A DNA stretch of 64,000 nt from Callorhinchus milii (Eukaryota): contig NW_024704742.1 in the NCBI RefSeq assembly GCF_018977255.1, positions 111,478,001 to 111,542,000 on the forward strand. The letters run 5' to 3'. The translations under genes and the position numbers were made by a program. The notes under the pieces are model-generated. The model ran no database searches and was not told the origin of the DNA. It was given only the letters and a program-made list of their open reading frames with translations. Positions 40,521 to 53,300 of the stretch are shown here, in pieces (the stretch's first letter is position 1; each line of letters opens with the position of its first letter).

Positions 40521-40793
40521 TTTTCTCTGCCAGAACTCAGCACTCTGAGACGCTACCCTGCGTGAAGGGTGCTATATACAATATATAGTTACACTGATGA
40601 AGCGCCTTTCATTTCAGAAAGACGCCCAAAGCTCTTAACAGTACTGGGTACCCGAGCTGGGGTGAGAGCCAAGTGGGGGGGTGCTGAGGAGGGGAAAGAT
40701 GACCGATAAATACAAGTTATTGTTTCTCCTGAAAGTGCTGGCTAGTGCAGTGTGGGAACCAACCATTCTCCACTCCCAATAGGGAATTCTTTA

Positions 40794-41081
40794 AACAAAA
40801 TGTAAAATACTGCAGATGCTGGAAATCTGAAACAAAAACAGAAGTTGCTGGGAACACTCAGCAGGTCAGGCAGCATCTATGGAGGAAGGAAAGTGAATTA
40901 ATGTTTTGGGTCCACAACCCTTCGTCAGAACTGGGGCATGTAGGGAGGGAGATGCTTTTAAGGGTTAACAGAGAGGGGGGAGGCAGAGCATGGAAGATAA
41001 AGGAGAAAATAGGGTAGAGGACAGGGGTGATGGTTAAAGAGGTGTTAATTACAAGAGCATCATCATTAGAAAGAAATGATG
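40794..41081 (-). mobile_element. Penelope-like retroelement fragment with 13-bp TSD and decayed hammerhead motif
   Basis: Flanked by agggaattcttta (40781-40793 and 41082-41094); tgcagatgctggaaatctg..ctcagcaggtcaggcagcatct resembles the chondrichthyan Penelope-type repeat as I recall it; minus strand ctgacga-agggt..accc-aaaac. Confidence 0.7.
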
Positions 41082-43258
41082 AGGGAATTCTTTAGGTTTG
41101 GGCCAGTGAAGTATGGGGAAACCGAGTTTGATCTTGTTCTCACTGAACATCAACATGTGCACACTTTCCATTAGAAGCTTATGAAGGTGACCTGTGTGTT
41201 TCACGTACAAAACTTCTAGCATGATCATGGTGTGCTTCAGGATGGATGTTTATTTCAAGAATGCACCTCTGGTCAGAGACAGAGCACAGGATGAAGAGCA
41301 GAATTGTGACACACCGAATAAAAAGTTGCACTTATATTGTACTTTTCATATAGGATGATGTTTCACAGCATTTTCTATAGATGGTGTGGAGCACTGAGCA
41401 GGAGGGTTGAGGATCTTGGTGGAAGGTACAGTTGGGATTTAGAAGACATTTTAAGACAGAGCAAGAGGATGCAAAGCAAAGATATTATAGGAGAGATGTG
41501 TTTTCCCAAAATAGATATTCATTAGCTTCTAAAATGCACTTTAATGCATTAATTGTTGCATTGCCATTGGCAATAATTCCCGTGATGTAAACAGCACGGA
41601 AACCCTCTACAGCAGGCAGAATCATGCTCCTTCAACATTGATACTGAATATTGTGCAGTATAATTTCTTTTAAATCCCCTTTAAACCCTCTTTCTCGTAT
41701 GATTTTGTGTTTTATGTTGCAACAATTTTGAGATGTTTCAGTTTTAAAAGTAGAAAACAAAACTTTCCTTTGAAGGATATCCGTAGGGATATGATATATG
41801 GCAGTAGCTTTGTATTCGTCATTTAAGGGTTGATAGGTTCATGGGGTGCTGATCACACTGATTTCCTATCAATAGAATATTGAGGTAATCTCAGGTAGAT
41901 TGAGAGGTCTGTGTGATAGCCATAGCTGTTTGTTATGGTGTGCAATATGTCCTACATATCTCTGGACATCGGACTGAAATCAGTACATCACAAGCTTTCC
42001 TGGAGCAAGGACGTCCTTGTAGCTATGCTCATTCATTTGGGCCCATTATGGGATTACTGCAAAATGAGAAATAATTGGTTATTAATCAATTGCCTTTGAG
42101 TGATAGGAACGAGTGATATTAATTTAATGGAGAAAGCACTCATAGACAAGCCAGTGGGGCTAAATTAGCTTTGTTTGATTGCACTGCTGCTTAGGTACAT
42201 GCAAGAATAACACTACACTCTCAAGCGAGTGGAAAATCTACCAATTAAATGTTGAATTTGTGTTTAGTTGTGATTTTTGCACTGAAGTATTTTGGATTTT
42301 TCTTATCCAGGCTTTAGAAGTGGTTCCTCTGCTGAAGCACAAACAGCTTACAAACCAATTGTACTACGCGAAGACGTGATAAGGTGCTATATCATATGTA
42401 AGGATTATTATTATTAGTTCTAACAGTCTTTGATTCTGCAATACAAAGTTCTTGCAAAAGCTGTGCAAAACAAAGACATACACGCAAAAAATAGTAGAAA
42501 TAAAAATTAAAGCAAATCAGGAACCACCTCTTTCCTTAACTGGTTGTATTGAAATGTTTATCTTACAGTTTCTCAGAATTTGGCATTGAACACAGTGTTT
42601 CTAACGAGGCTGTGCTAAGAGCTCCACGTCGCTGCAGTCATACTTTCTCAAGGGAGCCAACTGGAATTGTCCAGTGTTTATTTTTAAATAAATTCTCACA
42701 GTACTTTAACTTTTCTTTGACTTGTTGGGATGTTTTTAGTTCAGCAGAGGGCACTGAGACGCTCTCAGAGGTAAAATCAGCAACGCATTCCCAAAAATGG
42801 CAATTTCCCACATCATTAATAGCTCACAGGGAAATTGTTGTAGGAGGACTGACTGGCTCATTCATAAAAAAGGACAAATGTCTCTAATTAATCTCAAGTC
42901 TGAATTCTTAAATCAGGATCTTTATCGTGTTCCAATTCTCACACAGGCCAAAAAAGATTGTTATTTTATTTTAAACTCTTGTTTGTTTTGTTCCGGTGAC
43001 TCTCTCTTGTCTTAGCTTCACTTTCTCACTCCCACTGGATCGTCAGATGTGGGGACAGACCAACCAGAATTGGAAATGTCCCGAAAATGTGCTGTTTCCA
43101 CATCCCAGCCAGGAGGAGGCCAGACTTCACAGAATCAGCTACTAGAGTGGAACACTAGTAAAATATTCCATAGGAATCATAGTCCCCTGGACTTCTATAG
43201 GAACATGAGAATCAACAGAACTGGAAAAGACTATTGCAGTCCATCTGGCTACTATGTG

Positions 43259-43560
43259 GAGTCCTGCAGCTCAGCGGTTAGAGCACTCTCCTTGCAAACA
43301 AGAGACTGGGTTCGAGTCCCGACAGGGCGAAACCTTGGGCAAGTTTCCTTACTCCACATGTCTGATAGAAAAAAAAACAATAATAAATTGGTCATTTCAA
43401 TCCACAACTGTTTGTGGGACACTGCTGTGCGCAATTGGCTCCTGAGTTTTGCCCACAAATATACAGTCAACTCACTTTACAGTATATTCTGTGAAGCGCT
43501 TTGAGATGTCTAGAAAATGTCAAAAGTGCTACATCACATGCAAGGATTATTATTATATTC
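43259..43560 (+). mobile_element. tRNA-Ala-headed SINE (family 2) with intact Pol III boxes
   Basis: A box cagctcagcgg (43267-43277), B box ggttcgagtcc (43309-43319); accttgggcaagtttccttac; shared tail. Confidence 0.9.
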
Positions 43561-43607
43561 ATTATTACTCCCAAAGTAAAATACAATCACTATTTAGTCT
43601 ACCAGCT

Positions 43608-44050
43608 GGTGTCAGCCTGGCTCTGTTGGTAGCACTCTCGCCTCTGAGTTAGAAGTTTTTGCTTCAAGCCCCATGTCCAGACTTTGAATTCACATAGTCT
43701 AGGCTGACATTCAAATGCAGTGCTGGGGATGTGCTGCATTGTTTGTCATTCTTTGGATGAAATGTTAAACCGAAGTCCTATCTGCCTGTTCAGGTGGACA
43801 ATAAAAATCCCATGACACTATTTGAAAATTGAAGGAAATTTCTCCCGGTTCCTTGACCAATAATCCTCCAAATATAATTGATTATTAACTCACGGCTGTT
43901 GTGGGAAACTGATGTGGGTAAAGTGGCTGTGTGTTCACCTACAAAGTATAGTCACTAAACTTTGCAGTATTTCCTTTGAGATGTACTCCTGATATGAAAG
44001 CTGCTATATCAAATGTTATATCAAATTCAAAGATGATTATTATTACTAAT
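43608..44050 (+). mobile_element. Full-length Deu-domain SINE (family 1)
   Basis: ggtgtcagcctggctctgttggtagcactctcgcctctgag head, Deu core, (att)n tail. Confidence 0.9.
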
Positions 44051-45834
44051 AATAATATTACCTCTCATAAACTTCCATCAAATTCTCTCTTGCATTGGCT
44101 GACACAATCTAACTCTACCACCTCCCTGGATAATAGAATGCACAGTTTGACCACTGGGTATACTACGCCCCAACAAGTGCAGGGGTAAACTTGTGGGACC
44201 TTGTTTTGTACAGTGCAGTTCTGAAGCCAGTCAGTTAAGTGCTCTTGGACACTGCCCTGCATGAGGGGCGCTATATAAATGCAAGTTGTTGTTGTAGAAA
44301 CTGCTAGATATTTCAGTGGGAAAACTATCTGTATGCATATGGTGGTTTGCACTTGTGCAGTACAAAAAAGTATGTGAATCGGTGAATAGTTTTCTCATTT
44401 ATGGAGTGTAATATTTGGGGGGTTGCTGGGTGTCTAACATGCGTGGAAATCCATCTCCATACTTAAGAGCAACCAAACCAGACAGAGAATTCCAGAGAAT
44501 TGTGTATGTATATGAAATTTCTAATAATCCTTGCATTTGATATAGTGCCTTATCACATCGTTGAGAGTCTCAAAGCGTTTCACAGGATATATTGTAAAGT
44601 GGAGTGACTGTGTATTTTGTGGGCGAAATTTCCCTTTGTCTGGAATGGAACGCGCAAGTGTGTAAGATGAAAGGCAGACTGAAGTGTGGGAACAACTGAA
44701 AGAACAGCAACTGTCCCAAAGAGAGTGCAGAGTACAGACTCACCCCAAACTGGGCTCTGCTGCAAGGTAACAGTTTTTCGAGTCACTGGATTCTGCAGTG
44801 AGAGACCAAAAGGGTCCACTCAATAAAGAGTCATAGAAAGTAAAGTAAAAGATGTGGCAGGACTGTGACTGTTCTGTGAGCTTTAAACCCCCAGTTTTGC
44901 GAGAGTCCGTGTCCCTCACCAATCAACATAATGCAATCAAACCTAAGCTGTCTATTCACTTCCCATCTTCTGAACTTGAGACTGTATTTTGTAAAGTACA
45001 ACGTGGTTTGGATGGCAAATGCATAGTCGTATGCTGACTTTAGTCTCCACCCAAACTGAACTAATGTCACAAAGCTATGTGTTTTATTCACATAGCAGAC
45101 TTAGAAAGTAGCATGAACCTTTCAGTAACATTAAACAGTCAATATTCAGAAACCTTATTTTGCAACTTGGAGATGCAATGCATTTGCTTTTGCAATGGGG
45201 TTTCAGTCTTCTGAGTGCATAATGTTTCAAGCTGTACAAGGGACACAAGTGTATATGGTATTTTCAAACCTCTGGGGAATGTTTCTGGTGGATCTCTGCG
45301 CTGCCTGCCAATTTCTCATCAAACTTTTCTTGCAGTTCTCAGAGGCAGCACCAAATGAGTCGCACAAACTTCAAGTGAACTAAAGTTGTTGCAAGTGTAA
45401 ATAAATGATGGAGCTGCAAAGGTCACTAACATTCACAGGGATAGGCCCCGCCCATAGGCAGAGAAAGTTGCTCCCACAATGTGACTTTCTTAGAATTGAC
45501 GATGTCCTTGTATTGCACTGTATTGATGGCCTTCCGACATGATAAGGTGCTCCAGCAAATGCAAGGATTATTATCATTTATTGTTATTATTATTTATTGT
45601 CCCTGACCATCAAGCGTCTTGGGACGTCCTCTCAATGTGAAAGGCACTATACAAATATAATTTGCTGTTATTATTGTGAGGGAGCTTGGTGACTTGTCCT
45701 GCTGACTCTGAGGCCTGCTGTCTGTTGGTGTGTGGTGACAATGAGATTCAATGTCAGTGTTGCTGTTCCTGTCAGTACCACTTATTATACAAATCAGATG
45801 CAATTTGGAATTGCTTCTCATCTGAGACACCAAC

Positions 45835-46080
45835 AGTACACCCGGTTGTTAGTCGATTGGTGGATCACTTTTCTGGGAATAATAATCCTTCAAAAAAAAC
45901 AATGATAATTTATTTGGTCACTCAATCCACGACTGTTTGTGGGATACTGCGTACGCAATCGGCTGCTGCATTTTGCCCACAAGTATACAGTCAATTCACT
46001 TTACAGTATATTCTGTGAAGCACTTTGAGACATCTAGAAGACGTGAAAAGCGCTATATCAAATGCAAGGATTATTATATA
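45835..46080 (+). mobile_element. Family-2 SINE 3' half, well preserved
   Basis: gttgttagtcgattg as in the 11900-12266 copy; tail gacgtgaaaagcgctatatcaaatgcaaggattatt. Confidence 0.88.
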
Positions 46081-46989
46081 AATGCATTGTAGAGGACTAC
46101 TCCACGACAATAATAAAACACCTATTCTTACAGCTATATTCTCAGCTATCCAGTTACTCATGGATTCTGCTAGATGTTGCTGACACACTGATAGTTTATC
46201 AATATTATAATAACCTTTGCTCTTGATGTAACAATTAGAAAATCACAAAGCGTTGCACTGTTAATTGCTGTGAAGTGCAGTAACCGTGTAAAGTAGAACT
46301 CTATTATAAGCAGTAGTTGGGGGCCCATAAAATCTCAGCTGCCTTATAATGGGACATTTTTTGCAGCCATAACGTGATATTATTGATCACAAGACGAATT
46401 CTGTCACTCCACTGTGGGCAGAAAGCTGTTTGGTTTTATTGAAGTGACGACAACAAGTTGTTTTTATATTTACAGCATCACAACGTGAAGCAAGCCTTTG
46501 CTTTTCTGCCCACATTTTTAATTTTTGGTAAGTAAATGTTGAGGCTCCAATCACTCTATAAGTGAACCCAGGTTATCATGAAGCACGTTATAATTGTAAT
46601 TTTAGGCAAATGCAGCACCCAATTTGGATATAACAACACAGCAATGTCCACACACAGCATGAAGTGCATTTATCTGGGAGAGTGTTTGCCTGGACACCAG
46701 AAGAAACACTTTTTTACTGGTGTCAAGGGATCTTTAATGTCCACCTGAATAGGCAGTCTGGGCCTTGGTTTAGTGTCTCATTCAACCATGCAGCTGACCC
46801 CCAGCAAATGTTTTTCTGAGTTAACAGTGAAGGAAGAATACAGAAACAAAAACCTCAGAATATAAGATTGCAACTTTTTAACTACTTTTTGACATGTGTG
46901 ACCAATTTACTGGTTGTATCTTACGAGCATTTGACCATTAGCCAAGCTAAATGATTCTAGCCTTTGTATAGATCACTTGTAAGGGCAGT

Positions 46990-47490
46990 TTTAGTCATTC
47001 TAAAATCAAAAGGACATTAGATGTTGATACAGAGAAGAGCAACAAGGATGATTCCGGATCCAAGGACTCTAAATTATGGGAGAGGGTTAAAGTTGATGAA
47101 GTTATTGCTATTGAAAAAAAGCCTGAGGGAGAGATATAATCCATGTCTTGGAGTTTCTCAATGGCACATATTTCATTGAGCTCCACATATAGATTCCTTG
47201 GCTAATTCGAATGGATCTAGAACTTTTTCACACTTTTCATTCACAAAAACTATAGAGAAAAATTAGTTGAACAAATCATCCATTTCCTAATCTTCTCATT
47301 GTATTTATTCTCCACTTGTTCCTTAAAAGACCTATCTGAACTCCAGCTATTTATGAGGCTAAAATATTCTTTACAACTCTTGGTGAGATTTACAATCCAC
47401 CTTCCTATTGTCCTCTCAATGAAGTTATCCTCAGTTGACATTTGTATGGGTCCCTGTGCTGATCCCTTTTAATTTCTGCATCTATAAAAA
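46990..47490. mobile_element. Very old CR1 fragments in convergent orientation
   Basis: Plus QRRATRMIP at ~47030-47060; minus LTKSCKEYFSLINS..IEKLQDM resembles the CR1 ORF2 pre-RT region. Confidence 0.5.
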
Positions 47491-47514
47491 TGGTTCCTTT
47501 TGTTTTTATAAATA

Positions 47515-47840
47515 ATAATATAATAACAATAATCCTTGCATTTGATATAGCGCTTTTCACCTCCTCTAGATGTCTCAAAGCGCTTTTACAGAATATGCTG
47601 CAAAGTGTATTGACCGCATATTTGTGGGCAAAATAATCCTTACATTTGATACAGTGTCATTCATATCTGGAGGCTTCTCAAAGCACTTCACAGGATTTAC
47701 TGTAGAGTGCAGTAACTGTATTTTGCAGATGGATTTAGCAGGCAATTTATATACAGCAATGCCCCTTAAACAGCTATGAAGTGAAATGATCAATTTTATT
47801 GTTGGCCAGGGCACTGGGAGAAACTCACTTCTCTTTTCCT
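47515..47840 (-). mobile_element. Two tandem SINE tails
   Basis: aatccttgcatttgatatagcgc at ~47531 and aatccttacatttgatac at ~47635. Confidence 0.82.
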
Positions 47841-48994
47841 CTTATTTTGCCGTTGTGGTCATACTTTTTACATTTCTTTCTCTTTTCTCTCAGGGATTAT
47901 GCTTACTTTACAGAGTCCATTCTGTTTTTATTCTGTTAATTTTCTAGTTCCACTTTCCTTTCCTCCCCAGAACTCTCCTCATAGCCCAGAAATTGCTCTT
48001 TTAAAGTCATATACACTTTGCGTTCAAAATCTTGACGTGGGGCTTGAACTCACAACCTTCTGACTCAGAGGTGAGAGTGCTATTAATTAAACCAGGCTGG
48101 CACCAGAATGACACTCTTCCACGTAGCCATAAATTTATTTTTTGTAGCGTTTCAATGATGTCAATATTTTCACTAGCTTTGTGTACCTATAATCTCATTG
48201 GTTTTGTATCTTATGCTTGCAGGACTTCAATATATCCTACAAACTTTTTTTTATCTCTGTTTGAAACCATTTGCCTACAAATACAGTCACTGCACTTTAC
48301 AGAAAACTCTGTATTTGTAGGCAAATGGTTTCAAACATATTTTGATACGATAAGGCACTGGATCAAATGCAAGAATAATTATTATAATTTATTTTTTTCT
48401 CTTTATCCTGAGCAACATTGTTTCCTCCTGCATCCTAGTCAGCAGTAAATGTTATCTTTATCTGCATATGACAAAGGGGTAATTTCTTCTACCTCAAAAT
48501 CCATTTCCAATTAATTGTATTTATAATTTGTACTCCTCCCTGTTCATGCACCTTCTTGTTCCATGTCTATTATTGACATAACCCTTGCAGCTATATCAAG
48601 CCATTCACTGCATTGCCTGGGTAGAGTAAGACAATTCAGAGTTAAATGTTTTTTTCATTGCAAATTAAATGTTAAATTCTGTAATAGTAAATAGTTGGAA
48701 ATAAGCTGAAGCCAGTAATTCAATCTCTTGGCTCTCTCAACATTTACAATTACAGTTTCTGAGATAATCAGATCAGAACTTCACGATTGAATTACTGTCT
48801 TTTAATACATTATGGCCAGATTATTTCTAATGATCAACCGTTTGATTGCTTCCATAAAAAAAATTGCGATAATTATGACAAACCAATAATCTCCTGGTCC
48901 TTCACTTCACACACACAGTTCAGCACGTGCTGTCCAGCTGTCCATCACCATCTTTACTGAGAGCCACTGCCAGCTGATAAAGACCCCCACTTAT

Positions 48995-49570
48995 CAACAA
49001 CAACTTGCATTTATATAGCACCCTTCACATGGGGTAGCATCCTGGAGTGCTTGACAGTGGTGGAGTCTGACAACAAGCCAGGGGGAGAGGGAGGGGCGAG
49101 GTGTCCATAAGCACGATCAAAAGGGATGGCCATTAGTTGGCATTTGAAGGTGGAGAGGGAGGGGATAAGACGGAGGGATTGAGGGAGAGAGTTCCAGAGT
49201 TCTGGAATTAATTTGCACAGCCATCAGTGGTGGAGCAGAGGAGACGTAGGACAATTAGAAGGCTGGACCGGCCGAGCCGAGGTAGCGGATTGTGGAGTGG
49301 GGGGTAAGTAGGTCGATAGGTAGGGAGGTGTGAGGGCATGAAGTGATTTGAAAATGAGTGAAAGGATCTTGAAATCGATCCGTTCGGTAACTGGGAGCCA
49401 GTGGAGCCTGGCAAGGCCTGGTGTGATGGGGGTATGGAGTTTTATGTGAGTGAGTATACGGGCGGCAGAATTTTGAATTCATTGGATTTTGTGTACGGTG
49501 GAACTGGGGAGACCAGTAAGGAGGGCATTTGAAGAGTCCTACTGGGTAGTGGTGAAGGCATGGACGAGGG
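48995..49570 (-). mobile_element. L2 3' end (subfamily B)
   Basis: Closely matches the reverse complement of 2400-2845. Confidence 0.9.
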
Positions 49571-50300
49571 AATGTAATAGCTCAGGAAGATACTGAGACT
49601 AGGACTGTTTAGCTTGGAAAATATAGTTTTCAGAGAGGACCTTCCTGAAATATATAAGATGCTAAATGGAACAGAGAAAGTAAAAAGCAAGATTGTATTT
49701 TTTATATAGCCTGAAAGGGGTTTCACAGATAATTACTGTCAAGTGTAGTGACTGTGCAATTGTATGCAAAAACAGCCCCAAAACAGCCATGAGATGAATG
49801 ATAAATTAATCTAGACAATTGTTGGATGTGATATCAGGAGAAACTCCCATCTCTTGTTGGATACTGTTATGGAAGCTTTAACGCCCACCCGAATAGGCAG
49901 ATGAGATGCTGTCTTAATGTCTCATTCAAAAGATGATATCTATGGCTATAGAAAATTCCCCCTGCACAGCACGGGAATGTTTGCCTTTACTATAAGTCAT
50001 GGTGACAATGTGAAGGTTCAATGTCACAATCTTCTGACCTATAACAATGCTTTTATATCACCAGGGCAGCAGTCAAGAGAGCATAATTTGTGTTGGGTTG
50101 TGAAGGACACAAGTCCTTGTAAGTATTTCTTTACACAGAGGTTAATCAACAACTGGAATGAGTTACTATGAGGGGTGGTTGAGGTCAGGACACTTATTTA
50201 AGAAATGGCTTGTAATGGGAAAATGATAGGATTAGTATGCTGGAGATCAAATGGACCAGAAAAGATTGTCTTCATTTGAACCTTGTGATCTTGTGATGTG
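49570..50300 (+). mobile_element. Old CR1 3' fragment split by a minus-strand SINE (~49725-49930)
   Basis: ctaggactgtttagcttgga; KYFFTQRLINNWNEL; tail tgtgatcttgtgat. Confidence 0.65.
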
Positions 50301-53300
50301 TTGTAATATAAGGTTGCAATCTCATTTTGGTTGAGACTTCATTCTGTAATTTGTCAAATAAACTGACCCCTTCCCCCTGTCTTCCTAATCAAATTCCTGC
50401 AATATAAAAGCTTTGTATCCAGTATTCACTGTTTTCGTACTCACAGAATACTTTGGGGTGAAATTTTTGGCTTTTCTTAATTTGTTCCTAGTGATAATTA
50501 ACACAAGGTATATGTTATGAAACATTGCAATTTTCAGCCTTAAATTCACATTTTATTTCATAGAATAAAGCAATCTGTGTTTCTTGAGATATATAATTCC
50601 AAAGGATGTAAGATATCCTCTGTACAGATTCCGAACTCTGTATGTAAAACTCCAACAATAAACAAGAGTAAAACAAAACCTCTTTTTAATATTGGAATTA
50701 TGCCATGTTCTCTGAATTTCTTTTTTTGTTAATGTTCCCCTCTTTCTTGTTTTTTAAATTTGCCTACAAACACTTGACAGCAATTAGCTTGAAGATGTTT
50801 TGACATTATAGTCTCTAGATCAAATGGAAAATTATTATCATTTACTATTATTATTCTCCCCTGCCACCTTTGCCCCACTGGACTTCCTCATTTGACTATG
50901 GGATGGTCTGAACTGTTTGTGTTCCCAAGATGTTATCAGAGCTGCTGTAGTCAAGGTCTGCTTCTGAATGCATTACCTTTCCCTCCATTCCCATTCACTG
51001 ACCTGTTCAAAACACCCAGGCCTGATGAAATTTGTGCATGGAGGACAATGAATGTTATATAACTGGGACCTGAACTTACAGACCTTGGTGTTGGGAATCT
51101 TTGTTGCCATAAATCTCCTCGGTCATCTCGTGTTAAGATGTTTCTCATTGTTAAAGAATATTTTCAAAGCAGTGCCTGCTTTTAGGTGGTCAGTATAACT
51201 GAAGGCCAGAGCAATTTCTAAAGGAATTCCTTAATAGGGAATCTGAGTGGGAACTCCTTCTTGTAACGAGAAGTAAATTATTTCAACCCGTGGGAACTCC
51301 ACTCTGAAAGTAGATCGAGTACAGCTGAGTTCCCGTGGGTTGGCAATCTTATTTCCTTGGTAAAGTATCAGGTTAAAAATCGCTGCATATTAGAACACAA
51401 TGTAATATAATTTATTCAGCAATCAGCGCTGAGTTAGAAAGCATCGGATCAATATTCATGAATGAAAAAGCTGCTGATCTGTGTCAGCAAAAATGCCAAT
51501 TACTAACCTACCTCATGGCTGATTCCAGCTGAGTTCTACGCTGTCACCTTTCCAATCTGAATGGTCAGTTTCCTCAGGGCTTCCGGCTAGCATTTGAAGC
51601 AGAATTTCTGCTAATAGACAAGAAATGTAAAAATGTAATATAGGAAGCTTAAAAAGAGCTAATTTTGCATTAGAACAATTAGTACTTCAACATGTACTAT
51701 AATTTGTTTAATATTTTTTGAATCCCACTGTCTCTTTAAATCATACTATAGTTCAAATTCTGTTTACAGCTGAAACATAACAGGAATCTACTTTTTCTGT
51801 TGCAAGTATCACAGGAAATGTAACGTGTTAATTTAATTTTTCTCTCTCGAAGTGCAGGCTTTGTAGATAAATCACATTTGCAGCTGGAAATTGCAGCATT
51901 CCGCTGTATTCTCATTCATTAATAGAATTGCAAATTATAGCATCAGCTCACCGCTAATTTAATGAAACTCACTGATAATTCTTTCTCACATGGAATATTG
52001 CAATTTTTTTTATAGATCTTGCTTTTTTTTTGCCGTTTTGCAATATCCTATTTAAACAAAAAAAAGATGAAGTTATTATTGGAGCCTGAATTAACAGATG
52101 GGACACTGTGGGTGTGGTGGGTTAGAACACTATCCCTCTATGTGTGGGACTATGATTTCAATCCAACTGCAGTGAGATTAAAGTCTCTCCTTGCAACCCA
52201 AGCTGGCTGAGAGATTATGGTGGAGATTGGGGAATGGGGGAGAGCCAACAGCCCAGTGTCTGACACATGTGGAAACCTATCACCATGCTTAAGAGTATCC
52301 AAACCAAACTGAGATTTTGATGCATCCCACCTATATATGGAAATTCCAGAGATAGATGGATGGAATGGAATGCACACTTTGCCTGGATGCATCCTGCTTA
52401 CCTAACTTTGGAAAGTATTTGACGCAAGAGCCAAGGCTTGGGGACCCCAAAGTGTACATTGGGTTACAGCTGGATTTTAACCAGCTAAAACTCTATAGCT
52501 TGTCTGGCAAGCTTTCCCGCTGCTTGTCCAGTTAAGACCTCCCTACTAAATTCCACCCAAAATACGCTTGTCAGATTATTTATTCCTCAATGTTAATGTA
52601 GAATTGTTACATAGAATTATGATCAATTCTGAAATTGAGTCTTAAAATTGGATATTGATTTTCTTTTACGAATTTCAGTAAATGGATCTTCAAAATTAAG
52701 ACTGAATTGAAGACATTTTCACAAATGTTAAGTTTTAACACAAAATGGTTTTATTGGCTAAGACTATATGAAATTTGGGGCCTATGAGTTAACGGAAGTT
52801 TCAGGAAAGTTCCCAGTGGTCAGGTAAGATTGCTAAATGAGGATATTCAGTCATATGGCACCAAGGCTAATGCTTTATTGCTGTTTATTTATGTGTTTGA
52901 AAATATTTTCACAACATCAACTTGGGCTGTATTTACATAATACCATTCACACCTGCAGAAGTCCGGTCTACAACATCATTTAAAACGGAATTGAATAAAC
53001 ATTTGAGAAAAAAATCCAATTCCAGATTCCCCCACCATAGCTATCCACTCCAATCCCATTCTCATGTTCTTTTCCCATGAATTAAGTTAGAGGAATAGAA
53101 TTAGAGAAGCAAAATGATTTTGGATGCACCGTGATAGCAGAACAAGAGGACTCAAACATAGAGTTGCAAAGGACAATTTTGAACAATTATCCAGGTGATA
53201 ATTAACAGCTGGAACAGGTTTACCAGGTTACTTCTGGATGAGACCAGAATGTTGGATTAATTTAAACAAAAACAGCTTGACACTGTGATGGGAGGATGGT

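Noticed and set aside
43261..43328. tRNA-Ala gene
   Set aside because: Anticodon stem disrupted and followed directly by SINE body; it is a SINE head
43049..43504. 151-aa ORF
   Set aside because: Runs through a SINE; chance frame
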